Source of the DNA: Malacoraja senta
Taxonomy: Eukaryota
Direction: 5' to 3'
DNA: 64,000 nucleotides
NCBI GenBank assembly: GCA_038087875.1
Contig: JAXLNO010000341.1
Coordinates: 62,001 to 126,000, forward strand
Shown: one piece after another, positions 49,241 to 60,641 of the stretch
How the letters are laid out: each line of letters opens with the position of its first letter
How positions within the stretch are numbered: position 1 is the first letter of the stretch
Notes under the pieces: model-generated
Database searches by the model: none
Told to the model about the DNA's origin: nothing
What the model saw: only the letters and a program-made list of their open reading frames with translations
Translations under genes and position numbers: made by a program

Positions 49241-49378
49241 GGGGTGGGAAATTGTAACCTTCGGGTGGTCCGCCCTGTTTTGACGAATGCAATCAACCTG
49301 GCGTGCACAATCAAATAAGATCAAATAGAACAAGTTGCCCTACAACTTTAGGCTTTGCACGCCATATGCAAGAAGAAG
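49241..49378 (+). mobile_element. Short retroposon 3' end with (GAA)n tail and 12-bp TSD (possibly Vingi/Ingi-related)
   Basis: atttattgcagg at 49229-49240 and 49379-49390. Ends cacgccatatgcaagaagaag. Confidence 0.7.
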
Positions 49379-49766
49379 ATTTATTGCAGGCTGTTTATCT
49401 TTAAAAGTCAGTCTTGTGCAATAATGGTAATAATGCAAGTGTAGGATGGCATTTTGTACTTTTGTTACCACAACTTACGGTCACCTGACAACAATATGGA
49501 ATTTGCTCCACTAATTATGGGTGGTAAAATTACTCGCCCGATTAGGAGCCACATTGTTGACGGTCGTCCTGTATGGAATCCTGCCGACTACGCCAATTGT
49601 AAGTGGGAATTTTGTACTTTACCTGTACCCCATATTTGACTACACAGATAGGCACAGACACAAAATAAAACAGTGGTGAGTCTATCATACAAGTCAGTTT
49701 ATTAAAAGGGCGTATCATTTGTACATCGGAAAGCAGTTTGGGCTTTCTCTCACTGCTTCCCGTGCA

Positions 49767-50128
49767 GTCATGCGCTTTGGTAGTAGGAATAAAGGTGTAG
49801 ACTATTTTCTAAATGGGGAGAGGATTCAGAAATAAGAGGTGCAAAGGGACTTGGGAGTGCTGGTGCAGGATTCCCAAACGTTTAATTTGCAGGTCATATC
49901 GGTAGTAAGCAAGGCAAATACAATGTTAGCATTCATTTCTAGAGTACTAAAATATAAAAGCAAGAATGTAATGCTGAGTGTATAAGAAGGAACTGCAAAT
50001 GATGGTTTACAAGATAGACACAAAATGCTGGACTGATAAAGGTCTCAACTCGAAACATCACCGATTCCTTCTCTCCAGATATGCTGCCTGTCCCTCTGAG
50101 TTACTTCAGCATTTTGTGTCTATCTTGA
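49767..50128 (+). mobile_element. CR1 internal fragment followed by a fold-back Penelope-terminus element
   Basis: gtcatgcgctttggtagtaggaat...caaagggacttgggagtgctggtgcag, then aagaaggaactgcaaat...ttgtgtctatctt. Confidence 0.7.
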
Positions 50129-51584
50129 TAATGAAGTGATTGGAATTAAGAAAGATGTTCATTCACTATAATTACTTGTTTGTTCTTAGTTCATTTGGAG
50201 CAGTTTTAATTTGAAATATTATCATTGAGTATACTGTGCTGGAATATATATATATATATATCAGTTGAACAGTCTGTAATCTAAATCTTTGTTATGTTTT
50301 GTCAAATTAAACATCTGATTGTGGATCGGTAGGGCATGTGGATCTAGATATGAGGTTATGTCACAGCAAACATGGCCACCTAAACTGTTCAGAACATCAT
50401 AAGGTGTTGAAACAAATTTGTTGCATTTTTTTTCTCCAATTAACACAGATTGAATTACTTTCACATGCAATAACTAGGGCATGAAATTAGCTTTGAAAAT
50501 GTGCCCTCAGATGCGCAAAATAAAATGTTTTAATGAGTACTCAATCGGGCAACTATATACACTTCATTTTGTGTTCAGTTGCTTACACAAGCAGCCATTG
50601 CAAATCAGCTTGTCCCATCTGCAATACACGCAAACCAAAATGGGATTTTCAGTTTTGTTATAATATAGAAGGAAGATGCTTATTCAGTCTGTTGATTCTG
50701 TGACAGCTCTCGTAGTTATTCCCGTTCACCCACTTGTTTTCCTCTAATCTTTTTTTACTTTCAAATGGTCGCAAACTCTCCTCTGATTCTCCTACGATCC
50801 ATGCACACCAGGTGCAATTAAAAGCAAGGAGTTAATTGGGAGGCAATTGGAGCACCTGAGGAGAACATGTAAATTCCCACATAGACGGCACCAGAGATTT
50901 GAACCTGGAGGTAAACTTGGTAAGTTGGAGCAATGAGGCAACAATGCTACCTGCTGTGCTGCTAAATAAACTACAGATGCTGGAATTTAAAAAAAAGAAA
51001 ATATAGGTAATGCTCAGTTGGTCAGGCAGCATCAGAGGTGAGAAAAACGGAGTTGATGTTTAAGATCGAAAACCTTTTATCGAACTGAAAATGCAAGAAA
51101 ACAGTTTTAAGTTGCAGAGAGGAGCAGGTTGTGAGAAAACAGTCTTCTGTTTGCCTTGCATTCTGTTTTCTCACACGTCCTTTTATTTCCAGCACCTGTA
51201 GTTTGGGGGAGAACAACATGGTCAGGGTGACATTTACATTAAAAAACGGTCCAATGTATTGTTTCTGCACAGGCATCTCGGAAGGCAATCGGCACTTCAA
51301 GAATCCCTTTAAGCCGTGAAGGCACTGTGGCAGGATGGGCTGCGGTGGTGCTGAGGGTGGGGAGGGGAGCATTCTTCTGTGTGTCACCTCGATGTCACTC
51401 GCACCCTCTCTAATCACATGCACACACTTACTCCTATGTTCTCTCTCAACACCTGCGCTGAGAGTGGTCCCAAGTGATTGCACTTGTTTTTAAATAATCA
51501 GTGAAGGAAGCTTCAGCAAAGTATTTATTATCTGCGGGTGGTTGAAAAGTGAGATTGCAGATTCAGTGTGGGAGGACATTTGAT

Positions 51585-51712
51585 CTGAAGAAGGGTCTTG
51601 ACCCGAAACGTCACACATTCCTTCTCTCCAGAGATGCTGCCTATCCCACTGAGTTACTCCAAATTGTTGTGTCTATCTTCAATTTAAACCAGCATCTGCA
51701 GTTCCTTCCTCC
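51585..51712 (+). mobile_element. Penelope-terminus element with intact hammerhead-like core and 9-bp TSD
   Basis: acatttgat at 51576-51584 and 51713-51721. ctgaaga a gggt cttg accc gaaa cgtc at 51585-51612. Confidence 0.85.
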
Positions 51713-51775
51713 ACATTTGATGTGACAGTACAGTCCCTTTTATTGATGTGCCAACCCCAACCTTGAATATTGTGC

Positions 51776-51900
51776 TTGAAGGTACTGCAGATGTTGGTTT
51801 ATACCGAAGATAGACACAATGTGTGGAGCGACTCACGGTACAGGCAGCATTCTGGTGAAAAGGAATATGTGATGTTTCGGGTCGAAACCCTTCTTCAGAT
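51776..51900 (-). mobile_element. Penelope-terminus element
   Basis: Minus-strand ctgaaga a gggt ttcg accc gaaa catc. Confidence 0.8.
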
Positions 51901-51957
51901 TCGCCTCAGAATAAGGTGCTTCTGGTTTTTGGGTTAGTTTGTTTTGAAGGTCACAGG

Positions 51958-52420
51958 ATGGAATCAAGCGTTATGGGGAGAAAGCAGGAACGGGGTACTG
52001 ATTTTGGATGATCAGCCATGATTATATTGAATGGCGGTGCTGGCTCGTAGTGCCAAATGGCCTACTCCTTGTACCACATCTGGAGTATTGTGTGCATTTT
52101 TGGTCCCCTAATTTTAGGAAGGACATTCTTGATATTGAGGGAGTGCAGGGTAGGTTTACAAGGTTAATTCCCGGGATGGCGGGACTGTTATATGCTGAGA
52201 GAATGGAGCGGCTGGGCTTGTATACTATTGGAGTTTAGAAGGATGAGAGGGAATCTTATTGAAACATATAAGATTATTAAGGGTTTGGACATGCTAGAGG
52301 CAGGAAACATGTTCCCGATGTTGGGGGAGTCCAGAACCAGGGGCCACAGTTTAACAATAAGGGGTAAGCCATTTAGAACGGAGACGAGGAAACACTTTTT
52401 CTCACAGAGAGTTGTGAGTC
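51958..52420 (+). mobile_element. Two abutting CR1 fragments (a tail, then an ORF2 C-terminal piece)
   Basis: Tail to ~52070, then PHLEYCVHFWSP...TRGHSL...FFSQRVVS. Confidence 0.85.
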
Positions 52421-52692
52421 AGTTAGTGTTAGTATAGTCGAAGGTGGTCGTCTTCACTCTCCACTATTCGGTGTCCAATTTTCCCAAAGCTAGTCGAAGT
52501 TAGCCTTCAACATACTCGAAGGAGGTCGAAGGAGATCGAAGGAGGTCTTCTACATATTCGTAGGAGGTTCTCTACAAAGTCGAAGGAGGTCGTAGGAGGT
52601 GTTCTACTTCGGCGATACATCAAGACCATGACACTTTTTTTTTTTAAACTCTCCTAAACTCAGAAATTTGGTCCCCGCAGTGGGACAGGCCC
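52421..52692. mobile_element. One end of a PIF/Harbinger-like non-autonomous element
   Basis: Ends agtgggacaggccc|TTA, the same terminal motif as 54457-55030. Internal tcgaaggagg repeats. Confidence 0.55.
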
Positions 52693-52721
52693 TTAAGTGT
52701 GCTTTAAGTCTGTCCATACTG

Positions 52722-53096
52722 GGTAAGGGGGGATGATAGTTGAAGAGTTGGTATGTCCTATTTACGTGATGCTCAAAAAAAAAAAAAACATTTGTTTCTC
52801 TTTTTTTCTCTTTCTCTTTTCTTTTCTTAGGGCCTATTTCTTAACTCTTTTTCTTTTTGTTTTTAATTTCGCTCTTATAGGGTCTTCGTCCTTTTTTGTT
52901 GTTACATTTTCTACACTTTTCTACACTTGCACTTTTTCCTTCACTTTCTTCTCTCTTTCAATCTTTTCTTTCTCTAGTGTAAAAAAATAAATAAAGGGAG
53001 TACATTAATTGTAAGAAGATATAAATGACGAGTATTAATGTATGTGGTTGTAATGTAATGTACTTCTAATAAATAAAAATTAAAAAAAAAAAAAAA
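52722..53096 (+). mobile_element. L1-type 5'-truncated insertion with AATAAA, poly(A) and 16-bp TSD
   Basis: aagtctgtccatactg at 52706-52721 and 53097-53112, ttt|aag target, T-rich body. Sits in an old minus-strand CR1 ORF2 remnant (EMAQMFNKYFLSIFTV at ~53185-53235). Confidence 0.85.
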
Positions 53097-53367
53097 AAGT
53101 CTGTCCATACTGCCTCTTTGATAATTAATATATTATCCACAACCTCACATTACATTTTCCTCAATTCCTTGGCTTCCATAATCTTCACAGTAAAAATTGA
53201 TAAGAAATATTTATTAAACATCTGAGCCATCTCCTGTGACTCCACGTGTAGATGGCTGTGCAAATCGTTGTGGAGAACGATTGAAACATATGCAAACTGA
53301 TGATAAACAGCTCTTTCTGTCTTTTCTGTCAGATCTCCACGCTGACCTTTCTGATTGCGAAATTGTG

Positions 53368-53575
53368 ACTGTGGAATTCTCTGCCACAGAAGGCAGTGGA
53401 GGCCAATTCACTGAGTTTTCAAGAGAGAGTTAGATATAGCTCTTGGGGCTAACGGAATCAAGGGATAGGGGGAGAAAGCAGGAACGGGGTACTGATTCTG
53501 GATGATCAGCCATGAATGGCGGTAATGGCTCACAGGACCGAATGGCCTACTCCTGCACCTTATTTTCTATTTTTA
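53368..53575 (+). mobile_element. CR1 3' tail
   Basis: ctgtggaattctctgccacagaaggcagtggaggcc...gaatggcctactcctgcacc. Confidence 0.85.
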
Positions 53576-53894
53576 TGATTAGAACTGTTGGCCACACTCA
53601 GCAATTTAGTCCATTAATTTTGCCAATTGCAAACAATACTGTGAGCTCCAGTATCTTTTATATCCTTATGTATACATAAACAATTCTGCCCATTTCGTAA
53701 TCTTTGGGGATTGGGTGTCGGTGCGTAGCCCATTGTATCCAGGAGTGTGATTTTTTTTTTTTTACTTGCCTCGGGTATTTAAGGTATTTAACAATATTAA
53801 GTAGTTTACACAAAGCTTTGGATAGCTGTAAGGCTGCTTCATGCATCGTTGGAAACATAATGAATTCTGACTGCGCAAAGAATTAGTATTTTAG

Positions 53895-55175
53895 GTTAGT
53901 TTATTATTGTCACTGGTACCGAGGTACAGTGAAAAGCTTTTATTTATGTGTTATCCAGTTTAAAAAAAACCCAACATACATGATTATAATCAAGCCGTCC
54001 ACGGTGAGCAGATAAAGAATAAATTTAGTAGCAGATACAGTCTAAGAATGGTTCAAAGGTCTCCAATGAGGTAGATGGGAGACCAGGGCCACATTTGAAC
54101 TGCTGAGAGAACGGTTCAGTAATCTAGTAACAGTTGTGAATAAACTATCCCTTCATCTGGAGGTAAACATCATCAAACTTCTCTACCTCTTGCCTGATGG
54201 GAGAGGGGAGAAGAGGGAGTGACCGGGTGAGACTGGTCCTTCATTATGTTGGCCTTGCTGAGGCAACATGAACTGTAGATTAAGTCAATGGAAGGGAGGT
54301 TGGTTTGTGTGATGGCCTCGGTTGCGTCCACAATTCTCTGCAATTTCTTGTGGTATTGGTTGGAGCTGTTCCCAAACCATTCTATGATGCATCCTGATAA
54401 AATGCTTTCTAAGGTGTATCTGGTGAGGGTTGTTGTGGACCTGCTGTACTTCCTAACGAGCCTGTCCCACTTAGGCGATTTTTTTCGGCGACTGTCATAG
54501 TCGTAGCAGGTCGCCGAAAAACCGGCGACTGGACCCCCTTATGTTAATGTCTATGACAATGTCTACAACAACCTACCACCTAGTCGAAGTCAAGCTACGT
54601 CAAGCTACCGACAACCGGCGACCCACTAAGACGTCCACCTACGACCACACCTCCGACAACCTATGTCCACCTGCAACAAGCTACGACAAAGTACGACCTT
54701 GTCGGCGACAACTTAAGACAATTCAGTCGCCGGTACCTGTCGCCGTTTGACGTAGGTAGTTGTCAATGGAATTCACCGAAGTCAGCACCGGTGACAACCT
54801 ACGACAACACCTACGTCAGGAGAAGTCAAGCTACGCTCATTGGCGTCAAGCCAACTGTCGCCGAAAAGTTTTGAACATTTCAAAATCCAGCAGTGACCAG
54901 AAAAACCCTACGATTCGTTGGGCGACTGTGGAGGCTACTCACGACCATACAAGCGACACCCCAGCGACCATGTGGCGACAGCCTAGTCACCTGTAGTCGC
55001 CTAAAAATTTGCCTAAGTGGGACAGCGGCATAAGCCTTCTTAGGAAGTAGAGGCGGTGGTGTCCTTTCTTGGCCATAACTTCAATGTGGCTGGTCCAGGA
55101 CAAATTGATGGTGATATTTAGTCCTAGGAACTTTAAACATTTGACCATCTTTACTTAAGTGCCATCAATGTAGAT
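53895..55175 (-). mobile_element. Rex-type LINE 3' fragment split by a Harbinger-like element
   Basis: Tail gtttattattgtcactggtaccgaggtacagtgaaaagc. cctcttgcctgatgggagagg encodes PLPSGKR. cttaggaagtagaggcggtgg (HRLYFLR) resumes after 55033. Confidence 0.75.
54457..55030. mobile_element. PIF/Harbinger-like MITE, 574 bp
   Basis: TAA TSD (54454-56 and 55031-33). Imperfect TIRs of ~35 bp, ctgtcccacttaggc(g/a)attttt. Many internal cgaca/ctacgac repeats. Confidence 0.8.
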
Positions 55176-56229
55176 CGGGGGGGGGGGGGGGGTGTACTAA
55201 TAGGGATCATGTTGGAATGGTGTAGACATTGATAATTTAGCTTTTTTTAAATTGATTTACTATAGGCCTTCCATAGCACACATTTAACACCTTGCTGTTT
55301 CCAAATATACCAATTATACGAAATATACCAATTTATTGCAGATTCACTCAATTTATGTGAGAACCAGAATTTGTTAATCTAAGACTGCTACATCTGAAAC
55401 TTCTGAAAACTGTTTCTCACAGGATGTGCCGTTCTATCCCCTATTCACCACTTGCATCACTTATGTTCTTTCTCCCCTGCCCAATTTTGAGCAAAGGTTC
55501 CAATAGACAATAGGTGTAGGAGTAGGCAATTCGGCCCTACTTTTACTTATTGTTCATCTCTACTCAATCTCATCCTTCGCTACATTCCCAGCTGTGAAAC
55601 TGGGTAGAAACTTCGCAATGGCTTTCAAGATGTATCTTGAGACAAGAGAGCTAGAAATAGTTACAAGCAATTAAGTAACCAAGCACTCAACTGGATAATT
55701 AGGTTTTTGGAATAAGTGGTGTAAAGGCGTCAATGTTGGAATCAGTTTTCAGAACCACATTACTGCTGAGAGGCCTTGACCAGCAGAGAACAATGTTAGG
55801 AATTCAGGTTCGCAGATTATAAACATTTCTGTCAGTAATCACATCTATGGCTAGGTGTGGTGAAAAGACATTTGCAAATGTTAAGTGAAGGAATGGATTA
55901 AAAAAATCAAGGTGCCCATTTTCCTCCATTTTCCCTCCTTCTGAACCTTTGGCAATTTTGGTAATATCTGTCACCTCTCAATTCTTAAAATGGACACACA
56001 ATGCTGGAGTAACTCAGCGGGACAGGCAGCATCTCTGGATAGAAGGAATGTGTGACATTGAGGGTCGAGACCCTTCTGAAGACCATACAGCCACATAATT
56101 TTTCCTAATATATAAAATTATACAAAAATGTACTATTTATTGAATGAGTACAAAAAGTGATATTGGATTGCAATATGATGTAATTTGCCTGCGCACTGCA
56201 AAGTTGAGATTTTTTTAAAACTACAAATA

Positions 56230-56690
56230 AATTGTAATCGTAATTGTAATTAATTTATTAGCCAAGTATGTAAAAACGTACAAGGAATTTGATTTGCCAT
56301 ACAGTCATACCAAAAAAGCATGTGATGGAAGGCAATAACGCATTACCTTCTTCCCTCCTTTCCTCTCGCGATCGGGGCAGTTGAACCATCCGCAGTCGGG
56401 GCGATCGAAGGTCCCGCAGCCGGCGATCGAAGCTCCCGCATCGGGGCAGTCGAAGCTCCTGCGGTTGGAGCTCCCGAAGTCGATCCCTGACAATGGATCA
56501 CAAGTTCCACAATGTTAAGTCCTCAGGCTCCCGCGGTTGGGGCTCCCAAAGTCGATCCCCTGCAAAGGGACCGTCAGCTCCACGATGTCAGGCCGCAGTA
56601 CAGACGGAGATACGATACGGAAAAGTTGCATCTCCATCGAGGAAAGAGATTAAAAATAGTTTCCCCCACCTCACCACCCACATAACACAA
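56230..56690 (-). repeat. GC-rich SINE-like element with ~22-bp internal tandem repeats and Rex-type tail
   Basis: Tail tttattagccaagtatg...caaggaatttgatttgccatacagtcatacc, module tgtgatggaaggcaa, and repeats of gcgatcgaagctcccgca. Confidence 0.65.
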
Positions 56691-56692
56691 AG

Positions 56693-56960
56693 CTTCTTCT
56701 TGTTATCATCCACACACAAGATTAGAAGTTGTTCAGCCAGAGTTGAACACGCTTCTCGGCATCTGCATACAATGGTGTCTGTCTTGCGCTTCTTGTGCGT
56801 GGTGGTGGAAAGATTGGTGACATTTCGGGTCGAGACCCTTCTTCACTCTGAAATGTCACTTATTCCTTTTCTCCAGAGATGCTGGTGTCCCTCTGAGTTA
56901 CTCCAGCTTCTTGTGTCTATCTTCGGTTTAAACCAGGGTCTGCAGTTCCTTCCTACACAT
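56693..56960. mobile_element. (GAA)n-tailed retroposon 3' end (-) adjoining a fold-back Penelope-terminus element
   Basis: Minus strand reads PIFPPP...QLWLNNF* then aagaagaag. 56815-56960 contains the inverted Penelope terminus. Confidence 0.55.
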
Positions 56961-57569
56961 TAATTTAGCTTGGATTTTGTTGACTTCACATTTATTACCT
57001 TTATGTCAAATTTAATTGACATTAACAAAGTATAGCCGGCAAAAGAAGGTCCAAATATAACATCACAATATAAAGGATAAAACCCCACTCTCTCATTCAA
57101 ATGTAATGAACTGTCATAGTTTTAAAAGTGAAGTGTCAAAAAATTCATCACAGAGGTCTTAATCCTGTTAAGTATGCTTTCTGTTCTGCTCTGTAAATTA
57201 ATCTAGTTTAGAGACACTGCATGGAAACAGGCCCTTTATTGTAAAAATGTATTGTTCTGAGGTGTGATTTCACTGCTAACCTTTTAATTTCCATCATGAA
57301 CTTCGTCCCTACTTTCTCTGGAATACCAGAACTCAATCAGATTACCAATCCAGCTGTACTGCTATTCTTTGTACAGTGTAATGTGGTACTATGCAGACAT
57401 CACCTTATTAGCTCAATGGATTTGTGATTACATTGAACAATAAATATTTACCCCATCTACCCATACAGTGAATATTATGCATATTATGAAAATTTGTTTG
57501 AATTTGGTTACTCAGAAAAATATTTTAATGTGAATTAAGCCACGCTATTTAACAGAATTAAGAACAAAA

Positions 57570-58170
57570 GGGTTGCTCAGTGGCATAACTGGTAGAACTG
57601 CTGCTTCACAGTTGCAGAGATCCGGTTTTGATCCTGACCTCGGGTGCTGTCAGTGTGGAGCTTGCACGTTCTACCTGTGACCATGTGGGTTTCCTCTGGG
57701 GTGCTATGGTTTCCTCACACATCCCAAAGGCTTGCGGATTAGATGGTTATTATGAATAATTCTGAATAATATAATGTCATAAGGGATAGGAGTAGAATTA
57801 GGCCATTCGGCCCATCAAGTCTACTCTGCCATTCATCATGGCTGATCTATCTCTCCCTCCTAAACCCATTCTCCTGACTTTTCCCCATAACCTCTGACAC
57901 CTGCACTAATCAAGAATCTATCTCTGCCTTTAAAATATCCCCTGACGGCATCCACAGCCTTCTGTGGCAAAGAATTCCACAGATTTACCATCCTCTGACT
58001 AATGAAATTTCTCCTCGTCTCCTTCCTAAAAGAACGTCCTTTAATTTTGAGGGTATGACCTCTAATCCTTGACTCTCCCACTCGTGGAAACATCCTCTCC
58101 ACATCCACTCTATCCAAGCCTTTCACTATTCTGTATGTTTCAATGAGGTTCCCCCCCCTCATTCTTCTAA
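57570..58170. mobile_element. Partial V-SINE (+, 57570-57750) and CR1 3' fragment (-, 57780-58170)
   Basis: SINE head cagtggcataactggtagaactgctgc. ORF 57860..58162 reads LIETYRIVKGLDRVD...NLWNSLPQKAV. Confidence 0.8.
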
Positions 58171-58929
58171 AATATTATGAATATTTTCAATTCATACCAC
58201 CTTATTATATTATTTGTTACTGTGTATTTGATGATTACTCACTCTACTGTTGTGCTGTGAGTCAATGCTGATTCACAGCATAAAATAACACTCATTGAGC
58301 TAAAACATGCTGGCTGTGGCTGGCAATTCTGTTTGGAGCCACTAGGGTTCAGACATTCAAATTGAAAAAAAATCGTGCTTTGTAACATGACATATTCAGC
58401 TTCATTTAATCTTTTGCTTCACCGAGTCTAGCAGTGAGCCCAAGTTTCCAACGTTACTTCCCAGTGTAATGCTAGGGCAGAACAAATTATTTTGCCTTAC
58501 TCTTTGATTGTTTCCTTAATTTAAACCGTATAAAATGCTTTCATAAACTTTACATTTAACTGGTTTACTTCAATTTAATAGTTTTAAAATCTCAGAGACA
58601 TTAAAAAAAATCAGTTGCATTGCCTGAATAATTCTCACCATTCAGCTCTCCATTGCTGACAATGCTTTTTTCACTTGATATGCCCCAAGCATTGGAATTG
58701 CACTCCACTTTCACTACAATTTAGATTATTGGATAAATAAATTTAATAAATCAAGAAGTGTTGAATTATCTGGAGTGCATGGTTTATTTGGAAGTTAATT
58801 CCTTGGCCCTGCCAAATATAGTGGTATTTGCAGACAAAAATAAATGCAGCAGTTTCAACTATGACTTCTCACAGAACTTGCATTAACGAAGCAGTGTTTG
58901 TTTCCCCCCTCCCCCCCCCACTATTTCAG

Positions 58930-59061
58930 GAAGAAGTCTTTCTTGTATTCAGCTCTATATGCTGCATTCATATTTGGCGGTCGGCACATGATGAAACAAC
59001 GAACAAAGTTTGAGCTGCGGAGACCCTTGGTACTGTGGTCACTGAGCCTTGCCCTCTTCAG
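58930..59061 (+). CDS. ELOVL6: Internal coding exon (132 bp, phase 2-2) of very-long-chain fatty acid elongase 6
   Basis: Polypyrimidine tract plus tttcag| acceptor and CAG|gtaagt donor. Translates (W)[43 protein letters not shown](S), matching my recall of vertebrate ELOVL6 [45 protein letters not shown] and its 132-bp exon. Confidence 0.93.
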
Positions 59062-59421
59062 GTAAGTGTCATTTCCCTCTTCCCACCCACCCTCCCCCCT
59101 CCCCTTGGTTGATGATAATCCATGACATCTCCGATCAAGTTCAAGTTATCTTTTAATTCTAAACTATAGGTTTGTGATTTTTACCACTCCCGTTGAGGTC
59201 AAAAATGTTTAAGTACACCAATTCATGTTTAAAACTGAGAATGCTTAATTTTGGAGTTAGATTTAACTCAGGCCTAAAGGGATCAAGGGATAAGGGGAAA
59301 AAGCAGGAACGGGGTAGGCGGTGTTGGCTCGAAGGGCTGAATGGCCTACTCCTGAACCTGTTTTTCTATGTTTAATGTTTTATGTTTGTTTTCTGTCAAA
59401 TTTGCATTATGATGCTGCAAA

Positions 59422-60017
59422 TTAGTTTAGTTTAGAGATACAGCGCAGAACAAAGTCCCGAGTCTGCACCGACCAGCGATCCCCGCACATTAACACTATC
59501 CTATATACACGAGGGACAATTTTACATTCATACCAATATGTACCAATAGGTGCAGGAGTAGGCCTTTCGGCCCTTCGAGCCAGCACCGCCATTCACTGTG
59601 ATAATGGCTGATCATCCACAATCAGTACCCTGTTCCTGCCTTCTCCACATATCGCTTAACTCCGCTATCTTTAAGAGCTCTATCTAACTCTCTTTAGAAA
59701 GCATCCAGAGAATCGGCTTCCACTGCCTTCTGAGGAAGAGAATTCCACAGATTCACAACTCTCTGGGTGAAAAAGTTTTTCCTCATCTCCGTTCTAAATG
59801 GCCTACCCCTTATTCTTATTACCAAGGCAATTAACCTACAAACCTCGATGTCTTCAGAGTGTGGGATGAAACGGAAGATCTCGGAGAAAACCTACGCTGT
59901 CACGGGGAGAATGTACAAACTCTGTACAGACAGCACCCAGGGTCAGGATCGAACCCCGGTCTCTGGTGCTGTAAGCGCTTTAATGCAACAACTACCGCTG
60001 TTTCACCGTGCCGCCCC
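59422..60017 (-). mobile_element. HE1 SINE with a nested CR1 3' fragment (~59543-59819)
   Basis: SINE tail at 59422-59535 and body at 59820-60017 are separated by a CR1 tail, with taccaa duplicated. Confidence 0.85.
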
Positions 60018-60082
60018 GTAAATGGATATTCTATCCCTTCTATAAACAAGAAATGATATTCATGAATCAATTTTATGTGGTG

Positions 60083-60405
60083 TTTAGTTTAGAGATACAG
60101 CATGGAGACAGGCTCTTCAGCCCACCCAAGTTCACACCGACAATCGAGCACTTGTTCACACTAGTTCTATATTGTCCCACTTTCTCATCTACTCCCTACA
60201 CGCTAATGGCAATTTTGCAGAGGCCAATTAACCATCAAACCCGCAAGCCTTTGGGATGTGGGAGGAAACCAGGGCTCCCCCAGAGGAAACCCACATGGTC
60301 ACAGGAAGAACGTGCAAGCTCCACACTGACAGCACCCGAGGTCAAGATCAAACCCGGATCTCTGGCGATGTGAAGTGCAGTTCTACCAGTTGTGACTTTA
60401 TGCAA
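60083..60405 (-). mobile_element. V-SINE, diverged subfamily
   Basis: tttagagatacagcatgg tail, ttgggatgtgggaggaaacc V-domain, gatcaaacccgg B box (-). Confidence 0.8.
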
Positions 60406-60641
60406 CCTCTTTGTTCTTTATTCTGTTAAATGGGGCGGCTTAATTTGCATTAAAGTATTTCTCTGAATAACCAAATTCAGACATTTTTATCCACCATTTG
60501 CCCATAAAGATCATTTTGCATTTTTAAATATGAATCAAACTTCAGAAGTACGTTTCTCCTGACCATTATTTTTCTCATCTTGACCACTAAAACATCTGCT
60601 TGAATGAAAATAGCTGACTTGTCTTTTTGGTGCACTTTTCA

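Noticed and set aside
52733..52990. Hydrophobic Phe-rich 85-aa ORF
   Set aside because: Translation of a T-rich tract in the poly(A) retroposon.
52070..53575. One CR1 split between 52420 and 53368
   Set aside because: The breakpoints are roughly complementary, but the intervening DNA includes an older CR1 remnant and unique sequence with no bracketing TSD. Two independent fragments are equally likely.
54480..55010. CRISPR-like or coding repeat array
   Set aside because: The repeats are short, irregular and enclosed by TIRs with a TAA TSD. The context is eukaryotic and there is no spacer periodicity.
58828..59013. ORF-track peptide overlapping the ELOVL6 exon
   Set aside because: Wrong frame. 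The splice-defined frame gives the recognisable elongase sequence.
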